Positions 1 through 9,724 of a DNA stretch of 64,000 nucleotides are shown here, in pieces. This DNA is from a virus, in the IMG/VR virus record IMGVR_UViG_3300021959_000011, positions 64,001 to 128,000 of that record; one strand, 5' to 3'. Made by a program: the position numbers and the translations under genes. The notes beneath the pieces are model-generated. The model had not been told where the DNA came from. It did not search any database and saw only the letters and a program-made list of their open reading frames with translations. Numbering within the stretch: the stretch's first letter is position 1; each line of letters begins with the position of its first letter.

Positions 1-1539
1 GAAATCCAAACTGATTTATTAGAGAAAATTCATAAAGAACAAAATGATGACTTAAAAGAAAATATCATTGCAAACATGGCAGGCAGTATTGGTGGCAAAT
101 TAAGTGGTTTTGCCTCTATGATTGGTGGTAGTGTTGCAGGCGCATTAGGACTTGGTGGTCTTGGCGGTGCGTTAGGACTTGGCGGAAAGAGTGCGAAGGC
201 AGGCAAAACAGCAGGCAGGGCTGCAAAGGCAGGAAAACTTGGTAGACTTGCAAAGATAGGTAAGATTGCAAAAACTGGTGGTATTGCGGCACTAGGTGCA
301 ACTGCAGCAAGTGCATTAGTTGGTGGTGCTACAAAACTAGGAAAAACTGTAGTTGGTGCTGGTAGTGCATTAATGGGGGGTGTTAAAAGAGTTGCTGGTT
401 CTGTTGGAGAGATGGCAGGAAGGGCGACAACCAATCTTGGTGAATCTATAGGTAAGGTTGCATCATCTGCAACTGGTATTGCAAAAGCAACTCCAGAACC
501 AAAAGCACTCACGAATGTAGCAGATGCAATTACTAAAACTGGGCCTGATATGATTGATGGTAAAATTGCATCCCCCAAAGTTACACCAACCCCCAAAGTT
601 TCTACTCCACCAAAACTACCAAAGGCCGCCGGTGCGTTAGATACTGCGAAAGGTGCATTAAAAAATGTAACTGCACCAGTTGTTAAACTAAAGGATGGTG
701 CGGCCAAATCAGTTGCTGGTGCATTAGATAAAACCATTGCAAAAAAGATTCTTGCATCAAAAGGTGCAAAGTTACTTGCAAAGGCAATCCCAGGCATAGG
801 TATGGCCGCAGGAGGATTATTTGCACTCAACTCATTATTTAAAGGTGACTTTGTTGGTGCAGCTGCGGAAGCGGGAGGAATATTCCTTCCATCTGTTGCA
901 GGGGCCCCATTAGATGCAGGGATTATGGCAAGAGAAACATATAATCAAATGTTTGGTACAGAAGATAATCCATTTCCACTCGAAGGAGATATGATTAAAC
1001 AACCTGATGTTGCAAAAAGTCGTATGGGTCAACTAAAGGATATGGCATTAGAGGTTATTGGAGTTGGACAGGAAGAACTAGATAAACAAGGAAAAATACA
1101 GGCATTGCAAAAAGAAATAACTGATGCCGAAGATAGAATTACAAGGTCTACTGGCGGAGAGAATGTATATTATGGTAGAGATTCCAAAGGAATTGAAAAA
1201 GACCAAGCTTCTATTGCTGCAAAACAGGCAGAAATTAATTCTTTATCAGTCTCATCTGGTGAAACATCAACATCCCCAGACTTGAGTGGTGGTTCTGCAA
1301 CTGAACAAATGAGTATGAATTCTGAAAGAGCCAATTTAAACCAAGAAATGAACAACATGATGCGACAAGAGGCGATAACTAGAAATACACCATCCAATAC
1401 TGGTGGAACCGCAAATGTTGTTAATGCGCCTCAACAAAATATCAATGCATCAAAGACAACAATTGTACAACAACCGCACGTTAGAAATCCAGACCCATCA
1501 ATTGGGTTTGCTCAACGTGGATTACAAGGAGCAGTATAA
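1..1539 (+). CDS. 5'-truncated low-complexity Ala/Gly/Lys-rich virion protein, probably baseplate hub/tail-length (gp29-like)
   Basis: Frame is open from base 1. A/G/K-rich helical composition and an N/Q/T-rich C-terminus (NVVNAPQQNIN...) typical of T4-like hub/tape-measure proteins; convergent with gp32. Confidence 0.5.
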   Translation, partial: EIQTDLLEKIHKEQNDDLKENIIANMAGSIGGKLSGFASMIGGSVAGALGLGGLGGALGLGGKSAKAGKTAGRAAKAGKLGRLAKIGKIAKTGGIAALGATAASALVGGATKLGKTVVGAGSALMGGVKRVAGSVGEMAGRATTNLGESIGKVASSATGIAKATPEPKALTNVADAITKTGPDMIDGKIASPKVTPTPKVSTPPKLPKAAGALDTAKGALKNVTAPVVKLKDGAAKSVAGALDKTIAKKILASKGAKLLAKAIPGIGMAAGGLFALNSLFKGDFVGAAAEAGGIFLPSVAGAPLDAGIMARETYNQMFGTEDNPFPLEGDMIKQPDVAKSRMGQLKDMALEVIGVGQEELDKQGKIQALQKEITDAEDRITRSTGGENVYYGRDSKGIEKDQASIAAKQAEINSLSVSSGETSTSPDLSGGSATEQMSMNSERANLNQEMNNMMRQEAITRNTPSNTGGTANVVNAPQQNINASKTTIVQQPHVRNPDPSIGFAQRGLQGAV

Positions 1540-1683
1540 ATGAAAAAAATAATTAGTAGATTAACAAAAGAAAAAGAAGCAATTTGTATCATTGCTGGTA
1601 TTGCAGTATTACTAACACCAACTAGTTTAATTGGTTGGGGGTTAATTCTGTATGGCGCATACAATGTCTTTATGGATAGATGA
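1540..1683 (+). CDS. small membrane protein (47 aa, not in ORF track)
   Basis: ATG directly after the upstream stop; MKKIISRLTKEKEAICIIAGIAVLLTPTSLIGWGLILYGAYNVFMDR. Confidence 0.55.
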   Translation: MKKIISRLTKEKEAICIIAGIAVLLTPTSLIGWGLILYGAYNVFMDR

Positions 1684-1763
1684 ATAAAGAAGATACAATT
1701 AAATTTGTAAAGGTGCATGTATTAAGACATGTAATGAAAACTTTACGTCAGAGAGAAGAAAAA

Positions 1764-1790
1764 GAAAAGGAGGGATAAACCCTCCTTTTC
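1764..1790. terminator. intrinsic terminator between convergent genes
   Basis: Perfect 11-bp stem GAAAAGGAGGG-ataaa-CCCTCCTTTTC with a U-run on the minus strand. Confidence 0.8.
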
Positions 1791-1873
1791 CACTCTTGCT
1801 ATGTGTTAGTTTTTTTAGGTGGTGTTACGACCATTCGGACTTATCTGCACCAAGGATATACTAACTTACCTTT

Positions 1874-2794
1874 TTAGTCCTCTGCAGCAAGTTTTTCAAA
1901 GTACGAGAAATCCTCGTCATCATCATCTACTGTGCTACTTACACTTTTTGGTTCCTTCCATGATTTATCTTCAAAAGTAGGAGCCGAAACTTCTGGCATT
2001 ACTGGTGCAGGAGTCTCTTCGACATAAACATCTCTTTCTGCAGATGTTGTAGTCTGTACAGAACCAAGGACTTTTCCTAAACGATCCTTTAGTGCATCAT
2101 AAGATTTAAACTTATCTTCGGCAACAAACTCTGCGAGAGAATGTTGTGAGTTGTATATTGTTTCCAATACACTTTCATCTTCCGATAGTCCACTTGTTGA
2201 ATCGAATTCAGATTTATCGTAGTTCTGATAACCATCTACTCGTCTGATTTTTAGTTTAAAGTTTGCACCATCCCAAAAATCAAATGGGTTTACTGGTTTT
2301 TCATCTTCAAACTCAGGACGCATCATGTCTTGAAGTTTATCGAAGATTTTTTTACCAAACTGATAAAGGAAAACTTTTCCTTCATTGTGTGGGTTTGCAG
2401 GGTCTTTTACTACGTAAATATTAGAAATGTACTTCAATTTACGTTTACGTTCCCTAACAATATTCTGGTTTGCAGTAGAACCTGTCTGCCACAACTCAGA
2501 ATTCGCTTCACAGATTGGACATTTCTTGTTGATGGTTGTAAGACAGTTATCTATCAACCACCCGCCAGGGCCCTTAAAACCGTGATTAAATACTCTTACC
2601 CATGGCAAATCTTCACCTTGTGGTTGAGGGAGGAAACGAATAACGGCATAACCATTACCAGATTTATCAACTTCTGGTTTCCAAAATCTCTCATCCTTAT
2701 TAGACGAAGTTTGTTGTGGGTTTGATGTTTTTTCTAATTCTTCTGCAAGTTTAGAAAAGTTAGTACGGTTAGATTTTAATGCTGCGAATGACAT
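1874..2794 (-). CDS. 32: single-stranded DNA-binding protein gp32
   Basis: MSFAALK start, DERFWKP..DKSGNGYAVIRFLP, KKIFDK, NPFDFWDGANFKLK, acidic C-terminal tail. Confidence 0.97.
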   Translation of the reverse strand: MSFAALKSNRTNFSKLAEELEKTSNPQQTSSNKDERFWKPEVDKSGNGYAVIRFLPQPQGEDLPWVRVFNHGFKGPGGWLIDNCLTTINKKCPICEANSELWQTGSTANQNIVRERKRKLKYISNIYVVKDPANPHNEGKVFLYQFGKKIFDKLQDMMRPEFEDEKPVNPFDFWDGANFKLKIRRVDGYQNYDKSEFDSTSGLSEDESVLETIYNSQHSLAEFVAEDKFKSYDALKDRLGKVLGSVQTTTSAERDVYVEETPAPVMPEVSAPTFEDKSWKEPKSVSSTVDDDDEDFSYFEKLAAED

Positions 2795-2874
2795 ATATTT
2801 TCTCCTATGTTTGTATACGTTGTATTCGATTGTTTATAGTAAGTCACATTTACATAATGTATGAGTGTACTATA

Positions 2875-4101
2875 TCACTCTTTTATTGATTCGTCAAGCT
2901 GTTTTTTTCTTTTTTCTTTGTTTTTTGAAACTTTTTGCCAACCAGTGTTGGTTTTAATGAGAACTTGTTCTGCGTCCTTGACACTATCCTCAATTTTTGT
3001 TCCTTTCTCTAACAGTTTTCTTTCTTTTCGCATCTTGAAAGATAACTGCGCGGCGATTAATAATAAGATTGCAAGAGGGTCGAAAACAAATACAATTGCA
3101 ATTATAACCCATCTCACTGCAGACTCAAGTATATCAGCATCTGCATCACCATACACAAACTCTGCAATGTATTTTACAGGTCCAACTTCGGCCTCTAGTT
3201 TTCTATATGATGTTTCTAAATTATACCTTTCTTCAGTCAATGTGTCAATAGATTTTTCCGCATCTATAATATTATTTTCTAGTCTTTGAATTCTTGTAAG
3301 TTGAGTTTCACTTAATTCATTAACACCCAATTTATCTCTTAGTCTATCTAAAAGTTCATTACTTTGTGTTAGTTCATTTCTTTCTGCATCTCTTAACTGA
3401 TTGATTCTTTCTCTTGAAGATGTGACAATTTCACTAACCTTTGACTCTTCTTTTTCTCTGAATTCTTCAACTTTCTTTGCAGTATTTTTACCATAGTTAC
3501 CATCTACTGCTGCACCGACTAGAGATTGCAAGGCCTCTATGTTTTGGTCTGCAATGTACTGTTTAAGTAAGTCTAAAGTACCAGATGCAGAATTAATAAT
3601 CTCTTGTTGTTCATCAACTAATGAATTGTAATTTTTACGTACTGTTTCAATTCTAGTTAATTCTTTTTCTATTTGTGCGTTAACTTGTTCGTTTGTGTTA
3701 GAACCAGAAGTTTCAATTTTTTCAATTTCTACGAGTGATTTAGTTACAATAGTTTCTTGTCTTACTATGTTGGTAGAAATCTGCTCAATCTTTGCAATAT
3801 TTTCTCTTGCGGTTGAAGTTTGTTCGATATGTGCGGAAGATAAAAATCCAAAAATACCCATACTGGTAAGCAACATTAGAACGAATACTGCAATTGTCAG
3901 ATATCCACGCAACCATCTAGGTATATCTTTCCAATGTCTATGTAACCATAGTGCAGTAACAATTTTACCGGCCTCTAAAACTCCACCCATGATGATAATA
4001 GGTAACATCGCAGCGGCGAAGATTTTAGATAAACCAATAATACTGTAATATGCTGCAACTCCACTAATAGATAGTGCAACAAATAAAGTTAAAAATTCCA
4101 T
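2875..4101 (-). CDS. multi-pass membrane protein with long coiled coil and a peptidoglycan-binding-like motif
   Basis: Three N-terminal TM segments, heptad region, ALQSLVGAAVDGNYGKNT, C-terminal TM (IVFVFDPLAILLLIAA). Confidence 0.6.
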   Translation of the reverse strand: MEFLTLFVALSISGVAAYYSIIGLSKIFAAAMLPIIIMGGVLEAGKIVTALWLHRHWKDIPRWLRGYLTIAVFVLMLLTSMGIFGFLSSAHIEQTSTARENIAKIEQISTNIVRQETIVTKSLVEIEKIETSGSNTNEQVNAQIEKELTRIETVRKNYNSLVDEQQEIINSASGTLDLLKQYIADQNIEALQSLVGAAVDGNYGKNTAKKVEEFREKEESKVSEIVTSSRERINQLRDAERNELTQSNELLDRLRDKLGVNELSETQLTRIQRLENNIIDAEKSIDTLTEERYNLETSYRKLEAEVGPVKYIAEFVYGDADADILESAVRWVIIAIVFVFDPLAILLLIAAQLSFKMRKERKLLEKGTKIEDSVKDAEQVLIKTNTGWQKVSKNKEKRKKQLDESIKE

Positions 4102-4113
4102 AGTTATCTACCC

Positions 4114-4794
4114 TTATAGTAGATGACCATACTCCTCGTTGAAATCATCTACCATTACTTTCTTTAAAATATCTTTATAGTAATCTATATTTATATCCAA
4201 AAAGGCAGAGTATTTTTGACATTTAAATTTGTATAGGGGCCAATAGGTTGTTTCGTTTATATTCACCTTATCCACAAAACCAAACATCTTATCAAATACT
4301 ATTAGGGTTTCTAGGGAAATTTCTCCCCTAGATTCCATTTTCATAATAAGTGGATATTCGCCATGTACAGATTTAAATATTTTTGCAAAATTTAAATCTA
4401 AATCTACGGCCTTGGTAAGTAGTTCCTTTACATCATTTTCAAATATATAAGATAAACTTTGGATTCTTTTTTTCCATTCCTTGTGTGTATCAAAGGTTTC
4501 GTCATCCAATAATTTTCCAGACCACATGAATTCATTTCTGGCGAGTGCGAGACTACCACCAGAAGTTACATCTAGAAACGCTGCAAGTAAAAATTCTTCT
4601 AACTCTTTTTTGTTAAATCTTCTAGAAAGTTCTTCAAAAGTTTTTTTATCATCTCTACGTTGAAATGCATCATTACTTACTTTTTGTTTACCTTTATATT
4701 TTACATAGTCATACTCACCTTGAAAATGAGATTTCATTGCAATATAAATTTTAAATGCGTCAAATTCATCCATTTTTCTTTGCGATACTATCAT
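4114..4794 (-). CDS. 59: helicase loader gp59
   Basis: YIAMKSHF...YDYVKYKGK, WKKRIQSLSYIFEND, ISLETL; synteny gp33-gp59-gp32. Confidence 0.9.
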   Translation of the reverse strand: MIVSQRKMDEFDAFKIYIAMKSHFQGEYDYVKYKGKQKVSNDAFQRRDDKKTFEELSRRFNKKELEEFLLAAFLDVTSGGSLALARNEFMWSGKLLDDETFDTHKEWKKRIQSLSYIFENDVKELLTKAVDLDLNFAKIFKSVHGEYPLIMKMESRGEISLETLIVFDKMFGFVDKVNINETTYWPLYKFKCQKYSAFLDINIDYYKDILKKVMVDDFNEEYGHLL

Positions 4795-5015
4795 AGAGGT
4801 AATTTAGTTGCGGTCTTGGGAATCATGTGAAGATTCTCAGCCTCATATTGTATCTTCTCCTTTAATAGTGGTCCAACCAAATTTGAAACTGATTCTATAT
4901 CCAAATCTTTTTCCTCGCAATATTGCACAATACACTCTATATAACTCATGCCAGATTCTTTTGCAATATTTTCAATATCACCTGTAAACTCTTTACTACT
5001 TTTAACTTTCAACAC
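4791..5015 (-). CDS. 33: late-promoter transcription coactivator gp33
   Basis: SYIECIVQYCEE..LDIE...LKEKIQYEAENL; immediately upstream of gp59. Confidence 0.9.
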   Translation of the reverse strand: MLKVKSSKEFTGDIENIAKESGMSYIECIVQYCEEKDLDIESVSNLVGPLLKEKIQYEAENLHMIPKTATKLPL

Positions 5016-5573
5016 TTATTTGTTCTCCCTATAAAAAATATGTTTACCAATTTTATTTGTTCGATGGAACTTTTTAGACCAAGATGGTTGTACATAATCT
5101 GCATGATAGAATGTTGCACCAAAACTTGGGTCGTAAGTTCGATTAGATAGATATTCATTAACTACGTGCCACGAAACTCGCATTGCAAGATCCCAAGCTC
5201 GTGCATCATAAATTTTATCAGACTTACCATCACACCACCAACTAAACTGACAACGATGACGGATAGGATAAAATTTACCATTTTGTTTCCAAGATTCTTT
5301 TACTGGACCTTGTTTAACGACCCCACAAATATCATTGGGAAAATTGTCTGAAAATACACGATTAAGAGTTACGTATGCAACTGCAACCTGTCCTGTAATA
5401 GATTCACTTCTAGATTCATGATATACATTTTCTGCCAAACATCGCAATTCCGAGTTTAACATATTTTCAACATCTTTATATTTTGGAATTTCTGCGTATG
5501 ATGCTGCGGTACTAACTGTAGTAGTAGCAAATACAGCAAGGGCCAAACCCAATTTAGTAACTACCTGTTTCAC
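5016..5573 (-). CDS. cell-wall hydrolase, SleB/Hydrolase_2 family
   Basis: Signal peptide; CLAENVYHESRSE..GQVAVAYVTLNRV, CQFSW, GATFYHADYVQPSW, IGKHIFY. Confidence 0.92.
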   Translation of the reverse strand: MKQVVTKLGLALAVFATTTVSTAASYAEIPKYKDVENMLNSELRCLAENVYHESRSESITGQVAVAYVTLNRVFSDNFPNDICGVVKQGPVKESWKQNGKFYPIRHRCQFSWWCDGKSDKIYDARAWDLAMRVSWHVVNEYLSNRTYDPSFGATFYHADYVQPSWSKKFHRTNKIGKHIFYRENK

Positions 5574-5642
5574 TTTATGCCTCTTTAGTGATTCTTTATA
5601 GTTACATTATATTAGATTTGACCCATACTGTCAAGTGTTTTA

Positions 5643-5864
5643 TTAATCTTTATTTGAAACAAAAGAATACATTTCTTTTGCTTTATTCATTAACTCGTCC
5701 ATAGAATATGGTTGGCAAGCCTCTTGAAATTCTTCAGTGGTTGCTTTATTAGCTTCAAACTGCTGGCGCCAGAAATCCATGTTGATATGGTATTGTTGAT
5801 CCATATAATCTTTTGCCAGTTTAAGCATATCTGCTCTTATTTCAAATGGGTTCTTATTAGACAT
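5643..5864 (-). CDS. hypothetical phage protein
   Basis: 73-aa ORF coupled to the upstream gene (TAATG). Confidence 0.7.
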   Translation of the reverse strand: MSNKNPFEIRADMLKLAKDYMDQQYHINMDFWRQQFEANKATTEEFQEACQPYSMDELMNKAKEMYSFVSNKD

Positions 5865-6073
5865 TATTTCATCCCTTTCACAAAGGCATCACCAGTTGCA
5901 TTTGCAAAATCACTCATAGATTTTACTGCAACTTTTGTGAATGTTGTTTGGGCTTCAATAAAGGCCTTTAGTGGTGCAGACAAAGTTTCGTCTTTCACTA
6001 AAGTGTCAACCATTGTTTTCTTTGTAGTCTGGATATGGTCAATCCAGTAGTTTGTTGTCCAATCATTAATCAT
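5864..6073 (-). CDS. small amphipathic helical protein (weakly phasin-like)
   Basis: Strong SD AGGAGA after a CA-rich leader; amphipathic FIEAQTTFTKVAVKSMSDF. Confidence 0.5.
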   Translation of the reverse strand: MINDWTTNYWIDHIQTTKKTMVDTLVKDETLSAPLKAFIEAQTTFTKVAVKSMSDFANATGDAFVKGMK

Positions 6074-6104
6074 GATTCTCTCCTGTGTGTTTGTGTTGTG
6101 TAGT

Positions 6105-6224
6105 TTACATGCATAGATCTTCGTATTTGGTGGTATGAGCTCTATGCTTACTCATATCAAGATTATTTTCAATTCTAAATACAAATGAAAATAATTTATT
6201 TAATTTTTCTTTCAAGTTGAACAA
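6105..6224 (-). CDS. small ORF, 39 aa (not in ORF track)
   Basis: GGAG SD and TTG start; MFNLKEKLNKLFSFVFRIENNLDMSKHRAHTTKYEDLCM fills the intergenic gap. Confidence 0.45.
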   Translation of the reverse strand: MFNLKEKLNKLFSFVFRIENNLDMSKHRAHTTKYEDLCM

Positions 6225-6453
6225 TTCTTTTCTCCATCAAATCCATTTGATATGCTATGTTAGGATATTTATCTTTCCATTTACTTTCTGTTTGTAAAAT
6301 CTTGAAATCATATCTTTCAGCGGCCCAGTTATAAACATCTTCAGTTTTCTGAAAAAACCATTTACCTAATCTAGTATCTTCAAACCACTTACTTGTTGCA
6401 CTACCGATAATACTACCAGCGATGGCCTGTACCAACCAAAACCATATCATCAT
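6196..6453 (-). CDS. hypothetical protein with N-terminal hydrophobic segment
   Basis: ORF overlapping neighbours in an operon. Confidence 0.6.
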   Translation of the reverse strand: MMIWFWLVQAIAGSIIGSATSKWFEDTRLGKWFFQKTEDVYNWAAERYDFKILQTESKWKDKYPNIAYQMDLMEKRIVQLERKIK

Positions 6454-6561
6454 TTTCTAATCTCCTTATATATTCCTACTGGACATGTTTGCCAATCCCA
6501 TATCCAATGTCTTTCTGGATACATATTGTAAAATTTACTATCTTCTTTGGTTGATCTATAG

Positions 6562-7308
6562 TCACATATTCGCACGAACTGTTGTTGTCCGTCCACGTAA
6601 ATATGAGTCAGGGTTGTGAAGCTCAAGTAGAGTACGATGGTTTTCATTGTATTCTTCTATCATACCTCTCAGTCCATCTATGTGACTGTCTCTTTTGGAT
6701 GTGAATACTTCTGGTTCAGATTTACCATCAACCGCAGCAATAATAACTAAATTATTAATTGGAATTCCAGTTCTTTCTTCAAACATAACAGAATAACCAG
6801 ATGCCTGTCTAAAATACTTTTCTAATTTTCCATACTTATCACCAACCATAGTTTGTCTCGAAGTTTTAAAATCAATAATAGATAATTTTCCCATATATTC
6901 TGCAACGCAATCAACTGTACCAGCAAGTCGTAAGTGGTCAGAATAAAGACTACATTCTTGACTATACACATTATCTATCGCATTGTCAAGCACTGGTTGC
7001 ATAATTTTAAATAATTCTAAGTCAGTCGGAATCATTTTAGAAAAATTTAATTCAACATTATTAATATAATCTTCGCACATCTTGTGTACTGATGTACCAC
7101 GTCGAGCAGCTTGAGAACTTATTTTGTTTGCCTCTTTTTCACCTACACGCTTTCTCCATGCCATAATTCCCTTTGCAGAGAACCACCCAAGTACTGTAGT
7201 GATCGATGGATATTTCAATCCATCAGGTGTTTCGTAAAGTCTTTTGCCTTCGATATTTACTGTTTTTAATTTTTCAATTTCAAAGTCAAGTTCTACATGA
7301 TTAAACAT
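6562..7308 (-). CDS. PD-(D/E)XK exonuclease of T4-like phages
   Basis: RLYETPDG.KYPSITTVL, RGTSVH..CE, LAGTVDC, IIDFKTS, Q...Y..MFEE. Confidence 0.9.
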   Translation of the reverse strand: MFNHVELDFEIEKLKTVNIEGKRLYETPDGLKYPSITTVLGWFSAKGIMAWRKRVGEKEANKISSQAARRGTSVHKMCEDYINNVELNFSKMIPTDLELFKIMQPVLDNAIDNVYSQECSLYSDHLRLAGTVDCVAEYMGKLSIIDFKTSRQTMVGDKYGKLEKYFRQASGYSVMFEERTGIPINNLVIIAAVDGKSEPEVFTSKRDSHIDGLRGMIEEYNENHRTLLELHNPDSYLRGRTTTVRANM

Positions 7309-7321
7309 TGTGTTTCCTATA

Positions 7322-8215
7322 TTATTTTACATTTCCCATAATTTGAGATAAGGTTTTACCTCTTGGAATTTTTTTCATGATTGTTTTATATATTTTCTGT
7401 TTTAATGCATCACCTTGAATGGCGCCGCCGGGCCCAGATTTTACATCTCGTAAAACTGGTTTTCCTTCTTTCTTAATTGTAATGTATTCAAAATCTTTTA
7501 CCGTTAGATTACCAGATGAATTCTTAATAGGATTTCCTTTATCATCTGTGTAGAATACTGTGTGATTTTTTCCACCTAGAATCATATGTACTGCACCATC
7601 TACTCCACTAGGTAGTCCTCTATCTATGTAATCTAACATAGTTTTAGCGGCGCCTTCATGGGTAGATAATAAAATATCGTCTGGTACAACCCTACTTCTA
7701 GATTTATTTTGTTTCACCGCAACTGAATAATCAGTCAATACCCATACAACATGAATATCTTTTGGTTGATATCCGGCATTTAACAGAGATGGAATAACAT
7801 CAGAAATATGTTTTGTATGTTTCATCGTAACATCGAAAATAATATTGGGTAATCTACCTTGAGACATACCTTTAAGTAACAATTCTAAAGTTTTATCTTT
7901 TAAGTTTAGACCTTCCACATGTTTATGTAAAATAAATACATCTTTTGGGTCTCTGAGATTTAATCCTAATAATTCTTGATTTGTTCTTTTGATATCATTG
8001 ATTTTAAGAATAAGTCTTTTCCACTCATCGACATCTCTAACTTTAAATTTTTCACCTTGCATAAAGTTTGAGATAGCAAAACCTTTACCACTACCGGCAC
8101 CACCAGCCAAAAAAACTATTTGGTTATACTTTGAACCTTTACCAACAATTACTTGTTTTTCTTCTAGGTATTCTTTTTCTAAAAAATCATGTCTTATATC
8201 TTCAAACTGTTTCAT
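7322..8215 (-). CDS. P-loop NTPase/kinase (AAA_33/zeta-like)
   Basis: Walker A FLAGGAGSGKG, IIFD, R.R.VP..IL..TH. Confidence 0.75.
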   Translation of the reverse strand: MKQFEDIRHDFLEKEYLEEKQVIVGKGSKYNQIVFLAGGAGSGKGFAISNFMQGEKFKVRDVDEWKRLILKINDIKRTNQELLGLNLRDPKDVFILHKHVEGLNLKDKTLELLLKGMSQGRLPNIIFDVTMKHTKHISDVIPSLLNAGYQPKDIHVVWVLTDYSVAVKQNKSRSRVVPDDILLSTHEGAAKTMLDYIDRGLPSGVDGAVHMILGGKNHTVFYTDDKGNPIKNSSGNLTVKDFEYITIKKEGKPVLRDVKSGPGGAIQGDALKQKIYKTIMKKIPRGKTLSQIMGNVK

Positions 8216-8594
8216 TTTTCGTATCCAGTATCTGTTGTATCTTTTGAGCCTTTTCTTGCTCTGTATCTAAATGCAAATCCTTATTAATTACTTTCTCTAA
8301 TTTGAGAAAGGGAATTCTTTCGTTTGGTACGTATCTCCAAGTAAACCCTTTATCAGAGTATACACCAAAAATACTCTCACGTAAACCTATTTTTACGATT
8401 AATGCATCATTACCATCTAAAATAACCTTATCTCCCTCATTAAACGCAGCATTCATTTTGAAAGTTGCACCCTTAACAAATGCATCTACAAAGTTTTTAA
8501 TCCATGCGGCGATAATTAAAGATAAAAGTATTGCTGCCCAAGGAGCCAAATATGAAGTCATATCACTTGAAAAGTTTGTAATTACTGGATCCAT
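8202..8594 (-). CDS. MscS-like TM plus beta-domain protein
   Basis: TM helix followed by FNEGDKVILDG...IVKIGLRES...YVPN. Confidence 0.65.
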   Translation of the reverse strand: MDPVITNFSSDMTSYLAPWAAILLSLIIAAWIKNFVDAFVKGATFKMNAAFNEGDKVILDGNDALIVKIGLRESIFGVYSDKGFTWRYVPNERIPFLKLEKVINKDLHLDTEQEKAQKIQQILDTKNETV

Positions 8595-8614
8595 ATTCGA
8601 CTCCTTGGTTAAAG

Positions 8615-8944
8615 TTAAATTACCCCTTCGACTTCTTCACTTTCTTTTTTCCATTCCTCAATAACTTCGTCCATCTCTGTCAAAACAGGATTTTCCAGAC
8701 CAAGTTGTCTATCGATTGCGGCGTTTACAAATATATTTATAAAAGAAAAATCATCAACTAATTTATCCATATCTGTGTCTATATTATTATACTCCAAGTA
8801 ATCTACACATAAATTAATTACATCCATCGATAATTCTTCTGAGTATTTCAGTGTATCTTCATACGCTCCGTAGTTTTTAAATCCTTCTACTGGCGATTTC
8901 TGCTTCAGTTGAAAAATATGAGTGGCATCTACTACATTGGTCAT
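8615..8944 (-). CDS. hypothetical acidic protein
   Basis: ORF with SD AGGAGG. Confidence 0.65.
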   Translation of the reverse strand: MTNVVDATHIFQLKQKSPVEGFKNYGAYEDTLKYSEELSMDVINLCVDYLEYNNIDTDMDKLVDDFSFINIFVNAAIDRQLGLENPVLTEMDEVIEEWKKESEEVEGVI

Positions 8945-8965
8945 GTTAACCTCCTATTATTATAA

Positions 8966-9676
8966 TTATAGACCTTTTTTATCTTTTAAAATAATATAAT
9001 TTTTAACTAACTCGCTTCTCACAATATCAGATTGATGAAATTCAATAAATGAAAATTCTGGCATGTCTTTAATAATTTCGATAAAATCACTTATACCATT
9101 TCTTTCAGAAGACTTACTAAAGTCGGATTGTCTAAAATCTCCACAGAAAATAATTTTACAATTATCTCCAATACGTGTAATGATACTGTCTAGTTCATGA
9201 AAATTTAAATTTTGACATTCATCAACTATAATGATTGTATCTTCTAATGTTATACCTCTGATATAGGATGTTGTTAGAAAATTTACGGCATTCTTTTTTC
9301 GTAAAATTTCATACGCATCTCCTCTCTGGAATATATTAGTAAAGATTGATTTATATGGTGCTTCGTATACCTCCGTTTTTTGTTCTTCTGTGCCAGGCAA
9401 GAAACCAATATCTCTAGTTGGTACTACACTACGCACAATAGTTAAATTCTTATACTGATTTTGTGGGTCTAAAACTTCACTCATTCCAAGGTAACAGGAT
9501 ATAAAAGTTTTTCCTGTACCAGCTAATCCATGCAAAAATAAATTTTTGTCGTTCTCATACGCCGTCCAAACTTTGTCTTGCGTAAATGTTATAGGTGTTA
9601 TTTCCTGTAAATTAAAATATGGTTCATTAAGTACTGATTTTCTTTTTGCATTTTGTTTAGTTTTATGTCTACCCAT
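8966..9676 (-). CDS. phoH: PhoH-family ATPase
   Basis: GLAGTGKT, RSVVPTRDIGFLPG, SYIRGITL, IIVDECQN, TRIG, GDFRQSD, IVRS. Confidence 0.96.
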   Translation of the reverse strand: MGRHKTKQNAKRKSVLNEPYFNLQEITPITFTQDKVWTAYENDKNLFLHGLAGTGKTFISCYLGMSEVLDPQNQYKNLTIVRSVVPTRDIGFLPGTEEQKTEVYEAPYKSIFTNIFQRGDAYEILRKKNAVNFLTTSYIRGITLEDTIIIVDECQNLNFHELDSIITRIGDNCKIIFCGDFRQSDFSKSSERNGISDFIEIIKDMPEFSFIEFHQSDIVRSELVKNYIILKDKKGL

Positions 9677-9724
9677 GTTTACTCCTTAGTTGGACCACCC
9701 ATAGTATAAAATATTCAAATGTGG

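Noticed and set aside
30-830. 266-aa minus-strand ORF and the many other antisense ORFs in the track (e.g. 2330..2725, 38759..39193, 51829..52452, 54797..55204)
   Set aside because: Shadow frames of well-supported genes on the other strand or frame; no SD or motifs.
6562-7308. Cas4-like nuclease suggesting a CRISPR system
   Set aside because: No repeat-spacer array or other cas genes seen; this is the common T4-like exonuclease.
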